A DNA stretch of 64,000 bases from an uncultured Nitrososphaerales archaeon. Its GTDB lineage: Archaea; Thermoproteota; Nitrososphaeria; Nitrososphaerales; Nitrososphaeraceae. Within the stretch, counting starts at the first letter, position 1. The number at the start of each line of letters is the position of its first letter. The position numbers and the translations under genes were made by a program. The notes under the pieces were generated by a model that was not told the DNA's origin, did not search any database, and saw nothing but the letters and a program-made list of their open reading frames with translations. This document shows positions 10,309-21,187 of the stretch, piece after piece. Where the stretch lies: NCBI GenBank assembly GCA_963841565.1, contig CAWJCY010000006.1:64001-128000 (forward strand), in the 5' to 3' direction.

Positions 10309-10556
10309 TTTGTCTGCCGATTATTAAATAGCCTAAATATCTATATAGAGTCTGATAGTTTGTATCATAACCTTATCTCTATAAAATTCGCCTCGTCCCC
10401 TTCCTTATTCATGGATTTCTAGAGGAGTTGGTTGGTGTTTAAAAACGATCTAAGCTCACTTAATCACCATGCTTTAAGGGGGTAGGGCGGCTACTTTGTA
10501 TAATATGGGTAGGTGTCTCATATGTCAGAGAACAATGGTGCGCGCGCCCAGGAAGG

Positions 10557-10844
10557 CTAGTGTGGTCTTCTAAAGTGCGATCGACTCCTAATTGCACCGT
10601 CTGCGTCAGTGTACGTTACTTTATCAAGGAAACAGTGTTCAAACCCATTTTCTCGTAGAATAGCAATTGTCTCAGGAGAAAGAGGTCGTACGTGCCCTAT
10701 GATCAAATAAATGTAAAATCGATCTGGCTTGAGTTCGGCTTCGTATCCATGCCTGGCCATCTTGTATAAGATTCCTGCCAATAAGGTAGGAGCTGGCTTA
10801 GAATTTGATTTATTCATATTGTCACGCAGGGCAAACTTGTTCAA
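10557..10844 (-). CDS. Hypothetical protein
   Basis: ORF overlapping the stop of the upstream yyaL-like gene; plausible composition. Confidence 0.55.
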   Translation of the reverse strand: MNKFALRDNMNKSNSKPAPTLLAGILYKMARHGYEAELKPDRFYIYLIIGHVRPLSPETIAILRENGFEHCFLDKVTYTDADGAIRSRSHFRRPH

Positions 10845-12988
10845 TCGCTAACCAAATTATTAGGTCTGATATAATTCTCCAATTCGCGATTTGTGTACAT
10901 AGGAGGGGAACAGGCAAAATTCTTGCAAACATATGCTCGAGTTGAACTATTTGGTTGAGGACCTACAGGTTCCAATTTTCCTCTGAAGAATGGTAGTTGT
11001 TTTTCTAGTTGGTTAAAGTCTGTATTTGATCTTACGTATGCAAATATACCGTTGGGAATATACGCTCTATTTAGAAGCGTCAGCATATTGTAGAAGGTGT
11101 CCTCGTTTGGTTCTCTTCCTTGTACCACTGTGAACTCGATCGGCCTTTTCACGTACATATATAAGGAGATAAGGAAATGTCCGAAGCCGAATGGATTATC
11201 TCTGGCGATAGGAGAAACTGGCCTAAAAATGTCTTCCGATTTTTTAAAGTAATCATCTCTTTGAGAAAAATGATATAACCTCATTAGATTCATCGCTGCA
11301 ACAGAATTCCCGCTAGGAATGGCAAGGTCGTAATAATTTTTCGTTCTGATTATTAGTTCCTCATGGTCGTCCGAAGTGAAAAAAAATCCATCATTCCTCT
11401 GGTTATCCCAGAAATGATTTAGCATAAAATCCATGTGTCTGAGGGCGGAATTCATATAGCGAGGGATAGGAAGAACCTCAAACAGATCAATCAATGAATT
11501 CACATAGAAAGCGTAGTCATCAAGATAGCTATTCAATTTAGGCTGACCATTTTTGAAAATCCTAAAAAGTCTCCCATCTGGGGACGACATTCTGGCCTCT
11601 ATGAAATCTACTGCCTTGACTGCTGCTTTGAGATAGGCCTCCTCTGATGTAACTCGATAGGCCTTTACTAGTGCAGAGATCATTAGTGAATTCCAAGAAG
11701 TAATCGCTTTGTCGTCTTTCCCTGGATGTACCCGATGCTTTCTTGCTTCGAACAATTTTGCCTCTGAACTGCTAAGAATATCATCGATAACATGAACAGG
11801 CTTGTCGAATTTTTGTGAAAGAAATGCTTGATTATTTTGGCTATTTAGAATATTTTTACCCTCAAAATTACCTCCTTCAGTAACGCCATAGTATAAACAA
11901 AATATTTCAGCATCCGTCTTGTTGTTTAAAATTTCCAAGATTTCCTTTTTCGTCCATAAATAATACTTACCTTCCTCTCCTTCTGAATCAGCGTCCTCAG
12001 CAGAATAAAAGCGACCATCCACTGAGGTCATATCTCTGAGAACATATCTAATGGTTTTATGCAAAACTTCGACATACTTTTCATCTCGAGTTACTTGATA
12101 GATTTCAGAGAAGAGTTGGATGAGTAAAGCGTTGTCATAAAGCATTTTTTCAAAGTGAGGGATTAGCCATTTTTGATCCGTTGAATATCTAGCAAATCCT
12201 CCCCCAAGATGATCGTGGATACCTCCCGATATCATCTTATCACCAGTGAATACAACGAAGTCCTTGAACTTGGAAATCTTCGACAGTTCATAGTATCGTA
12301 ACAGGAACAATAGATTGGAGGGGTTTGGAAACTTGGGAGCTTGTCCAAATCCGCCATAAGTAGAATCACCAATATGCAGTAGGCTAACAGCCGCTTCATC
12401 CAGTACGGAACGCTCAGGTTCTGCTCCAAGTGGACGACTAGTGGAGATATCTCCAGCAGCGCCTGATAGGGCAAGCATGAATTCAGAGGTAGCGCTAAGG
12501 ACCTCCTTCCTATTATTAATATATGTATCAGCAAGTTGTCTAATAATAGACATAAAACCAGGCATTCCATATCTAGAATTCTTTGGGAAATATGTCCCGA
12601 TATAGAACGGCTTCTGATCAGGTGTCAGGAAGACTGAAAGAGGCCATCCCCCACTACCTGCCGCTAGTTGACATACACGTTGGTAGACATCATCAAGGTC
12701 AGCTCTTTCTTCTCTGTCAACTTTAATGTTTACGAAATTTTCATTCATAATCCTTGCAATCTCCTCATCTTCAAAAGATTCGTGGGCCATAACATGACAC
12801 CAATGACATGAACTGTAACCTATGCTCAAGAAAATTGGTTTATCTTCGGATCTCGCCTTTTCAAGCGCGTCCTTCCCCCACGGATACCAATCTACTGGGT
12901 TGTAAGCATGCTGCAAAAGGTAAGGGCTAGTTTCGTTGATGAGCTTGTTGGGCTTTTTGTTATTCTTCTCAATGTGATTGTCATCCAT
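10841..12988 (-). CDS. Thioredoxin-domain protein, YyaL/SSP411 (DUF255) family
   Basis: [32 protein letters not shown]. Confidence 0.95.
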   Translation of the reverse strand: MDDNHIEKNNKKPNKLINETSPYLLQHAYNPVDWYPWGKDALEKARSEDKPIFLSIGYSSCHWCHVMAHESFEDEEIARIMNENFVNIKVDREERADLDDVYQRVCQLAAGSGGWPLSVFLTPDQKPFYIGTYFPKNSRYGMPGFMSIIRQLADTYINNRKEVLSATSEFMLALSGAAGDISTSRPLGAEPERSVLDEAAVSLLHIGDSTYGGFGQAPKFPNPSNLLFLLRYYELSKISKFKDFVVFTGDKMISGGIHDHLGGGFARYSTDQKWLIPHFEKMLYDNALLIQLFSEIYQVTRDEKYVEVLHKTIRYVLRDMTSVDGRFYSAEDADSEGEEGKYYLWTKKEILEILNNKTDAEIFCLYYGVTEGGNFEGKNILNSQNNQAFLSQKFDKPVHVIDDILSSSEAKLFEARKHRVHPGKDDKAITSWNSLMISALVKAYRVTSEEAYLKAAVKAVDFIEARMSSPDGRLFRIFKNGQPKLNSYLDDYAFYVNSLIDLFEVLPIPRYMNSALRHMDFMLNHFWDNQRNDGFFFTSDDHEELIIRTKNYYDLAIPSGNSVAAMNLMRLYHFSQRDDYFKKSEDIFRPVSPIARDNPFGFGHFLISLYMYVKRPIEFTVVQGREPNEDTFYNMLTLLNRAYIPNGIFAYVRSNTDFNQLEKQLPFFRGKLEPVGPQPNSSTRAYVCKNFACSPPMYTNRELENYIRPNNLVSD

Positions 12989-13190
12989 GGAATGAGAGCA
13001 AAATGGCTTTGATATTATATAAATACTAGCAGAATTACTTCCAGGTCAGAGGCGACATTAGAGAAATTATCTCGCAATTGCTACTGTGGATTAAGTAACG
13101 AAGCATTACTTAGTGAAAGGAATCACAATAGGGTGGGGGTGATCTCGGAGGTCCAGACTTTTAAGGACCTTGAATCTTATTCTCTTTTAA

Positions 13191-13631
13191 TCAGATAGGT
13201 TTGAACATCTCCGGTCTAATCATGCTCCAATAAGGTAAATAAAAAAAGGTCACCGCAAACCGTCTATCACTAGAAGCTAACTTCGAATCGTGAGTAACGT
13301 TTTTTGATGAGAGATTTATCAATCGACCTGTGTCATTTCTAATCATTGGATGCAGCGTAGCGACTATTGGGTCACCTCTAGCAATAGAGGCTGCTGCGAT
13401 AAGTCGATGTATTTCACGCCCTTTGATCCTCGGTATCTTTCTTGATGACTTCACCTGTATAAGCCATTTCCTTTGTTTTTTATTAGAATCTAACACTGCG
13501 ACTATATCAGCAGGTCCTCGGCTATTCTTTGACAAACGTACCCGCCAGCCAATTAATCTTAGGTATAAAGCTACTATGTACTCTGCTTCTCTCCCGAATG
13601 TTCCGATCGAATAAGATAGCTTCAACCTCAA
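13191..13631 (-). CDS. Hjc/restriction-endonuclease-like PD-(D/E)xK protein
   Basis: GREAEY, SRGPADIVA, IQVKS. Confidence 0.65.
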   Translation of the reverse strand: MRLKLSYSIGTFGREAEYIVALYLRLIGWRVRLSKNSRGPADIVAVLDSNKKQRKWLIQVKSSRKIPRIKGREIHRLIAAASIARGDPIVATLHPMIRNDTGRLINLSSKNVTHDSKLASSDRRFAVTFFYLPYWSMIRPEMFKPI

Positions 13632-13806
13632 GATACATACGATCCTAATGACAGCTTTAACTGTTGTTGTGAAAACTCTCTGATAAGGTTATGAAATGTT
13701 CCTTCCATTTGCCTCTAAGCTGCCAATGAGTAGGGATTATTTCTTTGACGCCAGTATTTGACTATATAATCATGACTAAAGAATATGAATATATTTCTAT
13801 TTATGA

Positions 13807-14022
13807 TTGAATTTTCTAATGATCATAAGGAATACGGATCCATACAAATTAAAGAAATGTATATCTTGCAAAAATCCAATTCCACTAAATACCAAATATT
13901 TTACTATGTCACTGTCGCTTCAGCATGTTTGTCTCGGCTGTGCAGATAGAGAGATTCCTAAACTAATTCAAAATCTCCAGCAGGATCTACGAAAAATAAA
14001 GGAAGAATTGAAGAGTAGCTAA
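13807..14022 (+). CDS. Small zinc-finger protein
   Basis: CISC...HVCLGC followed by helical tail. Confidence 0.7.
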   Translation: MNFLMIIRNTDPYKLKKCISCKNPIPLNTKYFTMSLSLQHVCLGCADREIPKLIQNLQQDLRKIKEELKSS

Positions 14023-14072
14023 AATCAAATGCAACATTCAGGTTTACCCGTACTCGGAATGTAGAGAGTCAA

Positions 14073-14975
14073 ATGTCCATAAAAGCTGATTATTTTAATC
14101 CAGAGTTGACCATCAATAGTGGACAGATGTTCTTATGGCAAAAAATAAGGGATGCATGGTATGGAATTCACACCGATCGCGTGTTAAAACTTTCAATTGA
14201 AGATAAATGTAGTGATCAGCATAACAGTCGTATAAAATATGAATCGTTTCCCGAGGATCGTGGATGGGAAAAGAAGTTGTTTAGAATGGATGACGATATT
14301 GACAAAATACTCAATACCATTTCATTTGACCCACTCGTACGTAACTCTATAATGAGATTTAGGGGCCTTCGAGTCATGAGACAGGACCCTATCCAATGCA
14401 TGTTTTCGTTCCTATGTGCTAGTAATATCAATATTCAGCGAATTCGCAAAATACTTTTTAATTTATGTAGGCATTTTGGAAAAAAAATGACCGTGAATGG
14501 GGACCAGTTTTTTACGTTTCCAAGCCCAATAGATCTCCATAAAGCGACCATATCCGAGTTAGTTACATGTGGCACAGGCTACAGAGCCAAATCGGTCAAA
14601 ATGCTTGCAACTAAGATACAGGATAGAGAGATCGTTCCTGAAGAGCTTAACCGAATGAGTTATGAAGACTCAAAACGAGCTCTACTAGGCATCCACGGAA
14701 TAGGAGACAAGACTGCAGATTGCATCCTCCTATTTTCACTTGAGAAATTGGAAGCATTTCCCATAGACACATGGATAGCGAGAATAGTATCTCACAATTA
14801 CGAACTTCCCGTTGGTAAGAAAAAAACGGGAACCAACGGCCAAAAAATTCATCTTAGTCATCAGCAATATCGATATCTCTCTAATCGCATGAGGATGCAT
14901 TTTGGTATATACGCAGGCTATGCCCAACAATATCTATACTATTACAGTAGACATATCGCTGGAAGAAAGTGGTAG
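14073..14975 (+). CDS. ogg1: 8-oxoguanine DNA glycosylase (OGG1-like, HhH-GPD)
   Basis: TINSGQMF, GLRVMRQDP, GIGDKTADC, FPIDTW, AGYAQQYLY. Confidence 0.9.
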   Translation: MSIKADYFNPELTINSGQMFLWQKIRDAWYGIHTDRVLKLSIEDKCSDQHNSRIKYESFPEDRGWEKKLFRMDDDIDKILNTISFDPLVRNSIMRFRGLRVMRQDPIQCMFSFLCASNINIQRIRKILFNLCRHFGKKMTVNGDQFFTFPSPIDLHKATISELVTCGTGYRAKSVKMLATKIQDREIVPEELNRMSYEDSKRALLGIHGIGDKTADCILLFSLEKLEAFPIDTWIARIVSHNYELPVGKKKTGTNGQKIHLSHQQYRYLSNRMRMHFGIYAGYAQQYLYYYSRHIAGRKW

Positions 14976-15167
14976 TGATCTGGCCTAAGTGAAAATTGCG
15001 CATAATGCTTTAATATTGGGATAAGAATCACGTGGTACTAACTGGAGGGTCCAAGGCGTATCCTAGCCTACATTAAGCAAATCCTTAAAAACTCTAAGAG
15101 GCAAGGTGGAGCTTGGTACAGTTATTGTATAATGTCTCAATCCTTTATATTGTAATTCATATACAAG

Positions 15168-16745
15168 ATGATAGAAGAGTATAATCCCATGGATACGAAA
15201 AATGAATCCCAATCGAACTTGCTTGGTAACTATACTAAACAAGAGAACAAGGGACGGTATTTGTACGGAGATTATACGCCATTTGAAGAGAAGAAGAATA
15301 TTATCCATGTCTTGAAGGATTTTGTATCTACTTCTGCAAATATAATTGAGATTCATAAGAATGTAGGCACCCTTCGATTCGTTTTGGAGAATGTTGATGT
15401 TTTTCAGGACGAGATTATAAGAAAGATCGGGAATTTGCAAAACTCGGTAGAATCATCGTTAGACGTATTTCATACCAAGTATCACGAGAAAATCGTGAGC
15501 TCCTCTGACATCAAGAAAGAAGCTGAATCTTCCTTCTTCCGCATGAGAGCCCCTCTAATAAATTCAATAGGGGATATTGAAAAGCAATTTACAAAGTACG
15601 CCAATGAATACAGAGAAGAAATACAGGAGAGGATCATTGATTCATATAATAATGCGATTACTTTACTTCAGCTCTGGCTTTCGAAGGATGAATATAACTT
15701 GCCTGGCACTCTCCTCGAAAGGCGAAACAAGGTTCTGACTGCGAAAATAGACAGGGATCCTTATTCATACACTATTGCTTCTACAAATGAGATTATCGCC
15801 GTCACCAACACAGATACATCTAGTTCTGGTGGTGAGAATATTAACGGTCTCGAGAGTCTGCCTGCATCTACATTTTCGTACCATTTCACTATTGACCCTA
15901 AGTTTTCTGAATTTTGGAAGCATCGAAGAAAAATATCCGATCTAGGAGTAGACGATCTGTTGATCCCAATTGGGTTCAAGAAATCTATATCGGAGAAACT
16001 ACGACGGTCATTCGGGCTTGGATCAAGCCAAGAAGACCCTCAAGACTCGTCTGAGAGAGAGGTCGAATATGTCCACGCGAGTAGTCTATACATAACGTAC
16101 ATCAAAATGAATAGTGGTAAGACGTTAGCAGTTAAGCTCTCAGCAGACCCTTCAAAGAGTGACGAAAAATCGGTCGAACTAGAATATAATTTACCAGACT
16201 TGATGCCTGAAGAGAAAGTCTCCAGTAGTAATAGTAGTAGTACTACTACGATAGAATACTACAAGGGACTCGTATCGGAAGGCAGATTGCCTAGAATTGA
16301 TTACCTTGATAGGGATGAACGAAGGAAAATAGATCTTACTCAGAAAGAATTTCAACAAGGGACAGACATCCTCAAACTCGTAATGATGGGAAAAATGTTA
16401 GCAGATAGAATAAGTGACATCTCGAATATATCTGTAGTATCACCTCACATGAAGCTAGACTCGCTCAGGGTAGGGGACAAGGAAGGCATAATGAGCTCAA
16501 GCGATTCAAGCACGACGCTGATATATTACGAAGAAATTGTAATGTCTTTTCTCGAACTTGTTGCAATAGGATTTTCGCCTCTGATCCAACGGATTTCCAA
16601 TAAGAGCCCAGTGAAGGGAGAATTAATTTTGAGGTACGAAACAGATGAAAAAGAAAGAAAGGAGTATGTATTACGAACTGAGGAGCTAAGTGCACCTTTG
16701 TCTCATGAAGATGGTAGAAGGGTGTTAGAAAGACTCAAACTTTAG
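15168..16745 (+). CDS. Hypothetical 525-aa protein (N-terminal helical/coiled-coil region)
   Basis: Long clean ORF; no catalytic motif recognised; start may be 15189. Confidence 0.85.
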   Translation: MIEEYNPMDTKNESQSNLLGNYTKQENKGRYLYGDYTPFEEKKNIIHVLKDFVSTSANIIEIHKNVGTLRFVLENVDVFQDEIIRKIGNLQNSVESSLDVFHTKYHEKIVSSSDIKKEAESSFFRMRAPLINSIGDIEKQFTKYANEYREEIQERIIDSYNNAITLLQLWLSKDEYNLPGTLLERRNKVLTAKIDRDPYSYTIASTNEIIAVTNTDTSSSGGENINGLESLPASTFSYHFTIDPKFSEFWKHRRKISDLGVDDLLIPIGFKKSISEKLRRSFGLGSSQEDPQDSSEREVEYVHASSLYITYIKMNSGKTLAVKLSADPSKSDEKSVELEYNLPDLMPEEKVSSSNSSSTTTIEYYKGLVSEGRLPRIDYLDRDERRKIDLTQKEFQQGTDILKLVMMGKMLADRISDISNISVVSPHMKLDSLRVGDKEGIMSSSDSSTTLIYYEEIVMSFLELVAIGFSPLIQRISNKSPVKGELILRYETDEKERKEYVLRTEELSAPLSHEDGRRVLERLKL

Positions 16746-16786
16746 TTCGTATTGTACATATTCAATAGTTGATCACAGCTAGGGCA

Positions 16787-18172
16787 TCAATTTCTTGAGA
16801 TCGTTCCATCCACAAAAGTCTTGTAAATCTTAAGTGCATCAGTTTCGCTAGTTGCTCCCACGATGGTAGCTGCTCCACTGGTAAGGATACTGATTGATAC
16901 CTTCCCCTCGACCCCACTGCCTGATGCGGTTATTCCTAAATTTCCACGGGATGTCACATCATACCCAAGATGTTCTGCATTTTTTATTATCATAGAGAGA
17001 CTTATGGATGAGAGTCCAAATGGTGCCACCGTATAAGTTCTCTTACCCCTATCTCGCCCACAAAGCTCCTCAACAAATAACTGATCTCCTGGAACTACCT
17101 TAGTCTGGAGAGACTTTGAGATATTAGCAGCTGAACCACAAGATGGACAAGCTTCTTGTCTCAATATTTGTACCTTCTCCATCGTCAAATCGTTTAGATC
17201 TATATAAAGCAGCTTATCGACTAACGATGGCTTTTGACCGGTGATTATCTTAACGGCTTCTGACACCTGCGTTCCTGCAACTAAGTAAAGTATCGATGGA
17301 TGGACACCCTCCGTACTACAAGTAGGCATATCTTCTTCCTCTAATTCAGGGAACATACACCGCAAACATGCTGATTCGCCAGGAAGAATTGTGCACACCG
17401 AACCAAGCATCCCCAATGCCCCAGCATATATGAATGGTATCTTTTGCTTTATACAAGCATCATTCAATGCATATCTTGCATCTACGCTATCAAGCGCATC
17501 AATAACTATGTCTGCCCCCTCCACGAGGCTTTCTGCGTTATATATTGTAACCGAGATCGGTATTGCCTCGATTTTGGCGGTTAGATTTAATTTCTGCAGG
17601 CGCTCAGCTGCTACTTCCACCTTAACTTTACCGATATCATCCTCGTTATACAAATGCTGTCTGTGAAGATTAGAAATTTCGATAACATCCCGGTCTATTA
17701 TTCTTAGTTTACCCACACCCATAGCACTGAGCATTGTTGTGACAGGATTGCCTATTCCCCCAACTCCAACTACGCATACAGTAGCCTTCCTTAGTTTTTC
17801 CATCCCAGTAAAACCAATTTCTTCGAGCATGATCTGCCTTGAATATCGCTGCATGTCCTTCCCAGAAAACTGTTCATCTCCTTCTCGTTCTCCTCCTCCT
17901 GCGACTGCAGGGAGTATGTAGATGCTGTCATCTTTGTTCAATGCCGTGGCCATGCCATCGCTACTGAATCTTATGTTTTTTCCGTTTAGGTAGATATTGA
18001 TCAATGACCGTGGTTTACCATTAAGATCAAATACTCTTCTCTTGAAATCTTCGCCCATTGTCTCTGACACTTTTTGAAAGGCGTCACTCAAACTTTCAGC
18101 TTCGATGGGTAACTTACGTTCTCCTCCACCTTTGTTTAGGACTGACGGAATCACAAATTCTATCTGAACCAT
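16787..18172 (-). CDS. MoaD/SAMP-like ubiquitin fold fused to ThiF/MoeB E1 adenylyltransferase
   Basis: N-terminal beta-grasp ending ILPAVAGG; RYSRQI, VGVGGIG, SNLHRQ, CLRC, PTC, CPSC. Confidence 0.92.
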   Translation of the reverse strand: MVQIEFVIPSVLNKGGGERKLPIEAESLSDAFQKVSETMGEDFKRRVFDLNGKPRSLINIYLNGKNIRFSSDGMATALNKDDSIYILPAVAGGGEREGDEQFSGKDMQRYSRQIMLEEIGFTGMEKLRKATVCVVGVGGIGNPVTTMLSAMGVGKLRIIDRDVIEISNLHRQHLYNEDDIGKVKVEVAAERLQKLNLTAKIEAIPISVTIYNAESLVEGADIVIDALDSVDARYALNDACIKQKIPFIYAGALGMLGSVCTILPGESACLRCMFPELEEEDMPTCSTEGVHPSILYLVAGTQVSEAVKIITGQKPSLVDKLLYIDLNDLTMEKVQILRQEACPSCGSAANISKSLQTKVVPGDQLFVEELCGRDRGKRTYTVAPFGLSSISLSMIIKNAEHLGYDVTSRGNLGITASGSGVEGKVSISILTSGAATIVGATSETDALKIYKTFVDGTISRN

Positions 18173-18200
18173 ATTCTCTGTGTCAGCTCCAATTTTTAGT

Positions 18201-19427
18201 TCATCTAATCAGCGCCGATACTACCTGTATATCGGGCTTTACGGCATCTAGTTTTGGAAGTACATCCACAATTGCTTCGGTCGCTTTAAGTCCGTTACCT
18301 GTAACATAACACACAATATTTTCGTCCTTATCAATTCTGCCATCCTGAACCAACTTTTTAAGTGCTGCGACAGATACGCCTCCAGCCGGTTCGGTAAAGA
18401 TCCCCTCGGTCTTTGCAAGAGTCAAGATACCATCCACAATCTCTTCGTCTGTGACCTCTTCTGCAATACCATTATACTGAGCAAGACGTCTAAGTACATA
18501 AAGACCATCGCCAGGATCCCCGATTGCCAGACTTTTTGCTATCGTTTCAGGCTTTTCTATTGGCCTGACTTCATTGCTTTTGTTCTTAAAAGCGTCGACT
18601 ATTGGTGCGCAACCATGGGGTTGAGCTGCAATAATTTTCATTTTTGACACATTATCTATCAGCCCTAAGTTTTCTAGTTCCTCAAATCCCTTACAGACTG
18701 CGTTGAGCATAGCCCCACTACCTACCGGGATTATAAGAGTATCTGGAACTTGCCAGCCTAGTTGTTCTGCAACCTCGAAGGCGAGTGTCTTTGAGCCCTC
18801 AACATAATATGGTCGCATATTGATATTGACTACTCCAATACCTTTGGAATCACCAATTACAGATGCTACTCGGTTGGCATCATCATAGGTGCCGTCTACT
18901 GCAACAAATTCTGCACCATACGACAATGCTTGAAAGATCTTTACTCGCTCAATATCAGAGGGTGCAAAGATAAAGCATGGCAACTTAGCCTTGGCAGCAT
19001 GTGCGGCTGTTGCAGAAGCTAGATTCCCAGTAGATGCACAACCGACTGCTCTTAACCTAATTTCTTTTGCTTTAGATACTGCAACGCCAGCCGGTCTATC
19101 TTTGAATGAATATGTAGGATTGACAGAATCATTCTTTATGAATATATTCTTCAAGCCCCCAATCTGTTCTCCTAGTCTATCTGCTAGTTGGAGCGGAGTG
19201 AATCCCGCACTCAGACTAATAATATTATTTTTATTTGCAATTGGCAAGAGTTCAAAATATCGCCAATATGACTTCTCCTGCCTCTTTGAAAATAACTCCC
19301 TTGTTAGGGCAGAATTGGTCTCATACTCAACATCTATAGGGCCGAAACAATCCTCACAGATATATCTAAAATCTGGCTCATATTCCCTGTTACATTCCCT
19401 ACACTTAAGACATCTTACATTACCCAT
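18201..19427 (-). CDS. thrC: Threonine synthase (fold-type II PLP enzyme)
   Basis: NPTYSFKDR, CASTGN, EGSKT, TGNGLK; start set at ATG 19427 (MGNVRCLKC), TATA ~30 nt upstream. Confidence 0.88.
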   Translation of the reverse strand: MGNVRCLKCRECNREYEPDFRYICEDCFGPIDVEYETNSALTRELFSKRQEKSYWRYFELLPIANKNNIISLSAGFTPLQLADRLGEQIGGLKNIFIKNDSVNPTYSFKDRPAGVAVSKAKEIRLRAVGCASTGNLASATAAHAAKAKLPCFIFAPSDIERVKIFQALSYGAEFVAVDGTYDDANRVASVIGDSKGIGVVNINMRPYYVEGSKTLAFEVAEQLGWQVPDTLIIPVGSGAMLNAVCKGFEELENLGLIDNVSKMKIIAAQPHGCAPIVDAFKNKSNEVRPIEKPETIAKSLAIGDPGDGLYVLRRLAQYNGIAEEVTDEEIVDGILTLAKTEGIFTEPAGGVSVAALKKLVQDGRIDKDENIVCYVTGNGLKATEAIVDVLPKLDAVKPDIQVVSALIR

Positions 19428-19469
19428 AAGAATCAGACTATATCGATTAGCGGTATAAATAAGGATCTC

Positions 19470-19502
19470 TAACAATAAGTTTAGTAATACTGAACTTTGT
19501 TA
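19470..19502. promoter_or_regulatory. Candidate operator upstream of the thrC promoter
   Basis: AAGTTTAGTA-A-TACTGAACTT (10-1-10, one mismatch) flanked by TAACA/TGTTA. Confidence 0.45.
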
Positions 19503-19733
19503 CTTAAGGAGAATATTGATTCAAATACCAACTATATTGTGAGAATTATCACTACATGGCTGCCAAATACTGATTTTCTCACAATCGGTAAGATACTTTG
19601 TTTTTATTGCAAATATTCTTCGGTGAGATTTCGAGTACAAGTTCAGTACCTCTGTTAACCCCATCTATGATACTTAGAAGTAGATATAAATCACAATATA
19701 ATGAATCAAGAATAATTCCATGAGTAGATAAAA

Positions 19734-21102
19734 ATGAAGATTTCCACCAAATCTTCCATAAAGTCACCGATAGTTCATGTTGGGCTAGACGATACAGATT
19801 CAACTCAAGGCAAATGCACCACCCATGCTGCTTATAGGATTACTGACTACTTGTTGAATACTAAGTCGATTGAATTTGTTGACTATCCTCTGCTTATCAG
19901 GTTGAATCCAAACATTCCGTGGAAAACTAGAGGTAATGGGGCTGTATGCCTGAGATTCAGAACTTCATATCATGAAGATGTTTTGGAAAGAATAATGGAT
20001 TTAGTTCACAAAGAAAATCTAGTAGCAACTGGTGCTAATCCGGGAATAGCAATCTACCGTGGGGAAACAATACCATACAGTATTCGATGTTTTGCTCGTA
20101 AAGCGTTATGTGACGTAGTTAGCAGGAAAACGGCAGAAGAATTAGCTAAACGTCATGAGATTCATTTTTTCATAGATGGAAATGGACAAGGGCTGGTTGG
20201 ATCTATAGCGAGCTATTGGTACACCTCTACACGAAGACCACACTTTCGAAGCTGTAGCCTATAGAAAACAGGAAAAATGTGGAACGGTAAGAAAACTTGA
20301 TAGTGCGCAGGTAGTTCAATGTGATGCAGAAACGTTCCCTTACACCTTCAATAACTACGATAAGGCACATCATAGGGTACTAATTCTTCCTCATGGACCA
20401 GATCCTGTTTTTTGTGGAGTAAGAGGTGAAAGTGCAGAGGTAGTATGCTCAGCACTTAGAAAATTAAAGATTAGTGAGAAACTTGAAGGGTATATGGTTT
20501 TTAGAACAAATCAAGGTACGAATCAGCATCTTCAAAATGAGGTCGGATTCACAGACATCAAATGTTACACAGCCGGTTTCAGCCAATGCAAAGTCGATTC
20601 CAGACCCACGGTGATTGAAGGTGGCCATGCAATGTTCAGCGTTAAGGATCCCATTGGCGCCGTTGTTAATGCTGCAGTCTACGAACCGACAGATATGGTA
20701 AATATTGCATCCAAACTAGTAGTGGGGGACATCATAAGGATAGGGTTTGGTGTCAGGAAGTCTAGTGCAAAGCATCCAAGAATACTAAATGTAGAATATT
20801 TGCAAGTGTTGGAGACCATGGAAATCTTTGAAACTGTTAATCCCCTCTGCTTAACCTGCAATAAGCGGATGAAATCAGAGGGAACTAACAAAGGATTTCG
20901 TTGTCAGAAATGCGGTCTTCGCGATAGAGAGGTTAAAAAAATCTCGATTCCAAAACCTCGAATGATAGAGACCAAGCTCTTTGTTCCTACCCCAAGGGCT
21001 CACAGGCATTTGACTAAGCCCATTCATCGTTACGGAATGGAGAAGAATTTTGAAGGTACCTCGGAAATAAATTTGTGGTCAGCGTGGTTCTCTAAAACCT
21101 AA
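19734..21102 (+). CDS. tiaS: tRNA(Ile2) agmatidine synthetase TiaS; one extra base at ~20210 (probable sequencing error)
   Basis: GLDDTDS..CTT, RLNPNIPWKTRGNGA; removing 1 nt gives GSIAAIGTPLHEDHTFE, continuing through PHGPDPVFCGVRGE into ORF 20494..21102 (TNQGT, Zn ribbon, RHLTKP). Confidence 0.92.
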
Positions 21103-21187
21103 AAGCTAGCGCTGGTAGAGTCTTGTGAAAACCGACAAGTCGTGCACAAAATTTGTCAATGTCAATATCAATATTGTGAACACAGGA

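Noticed and set aside
16222-16250. AGT/ACT trinucleotide run
   Set aside because: Encodes a Ser/Thr linker (SSSNSSSTTT) inside the 525-aa CDS, not an independent repeat
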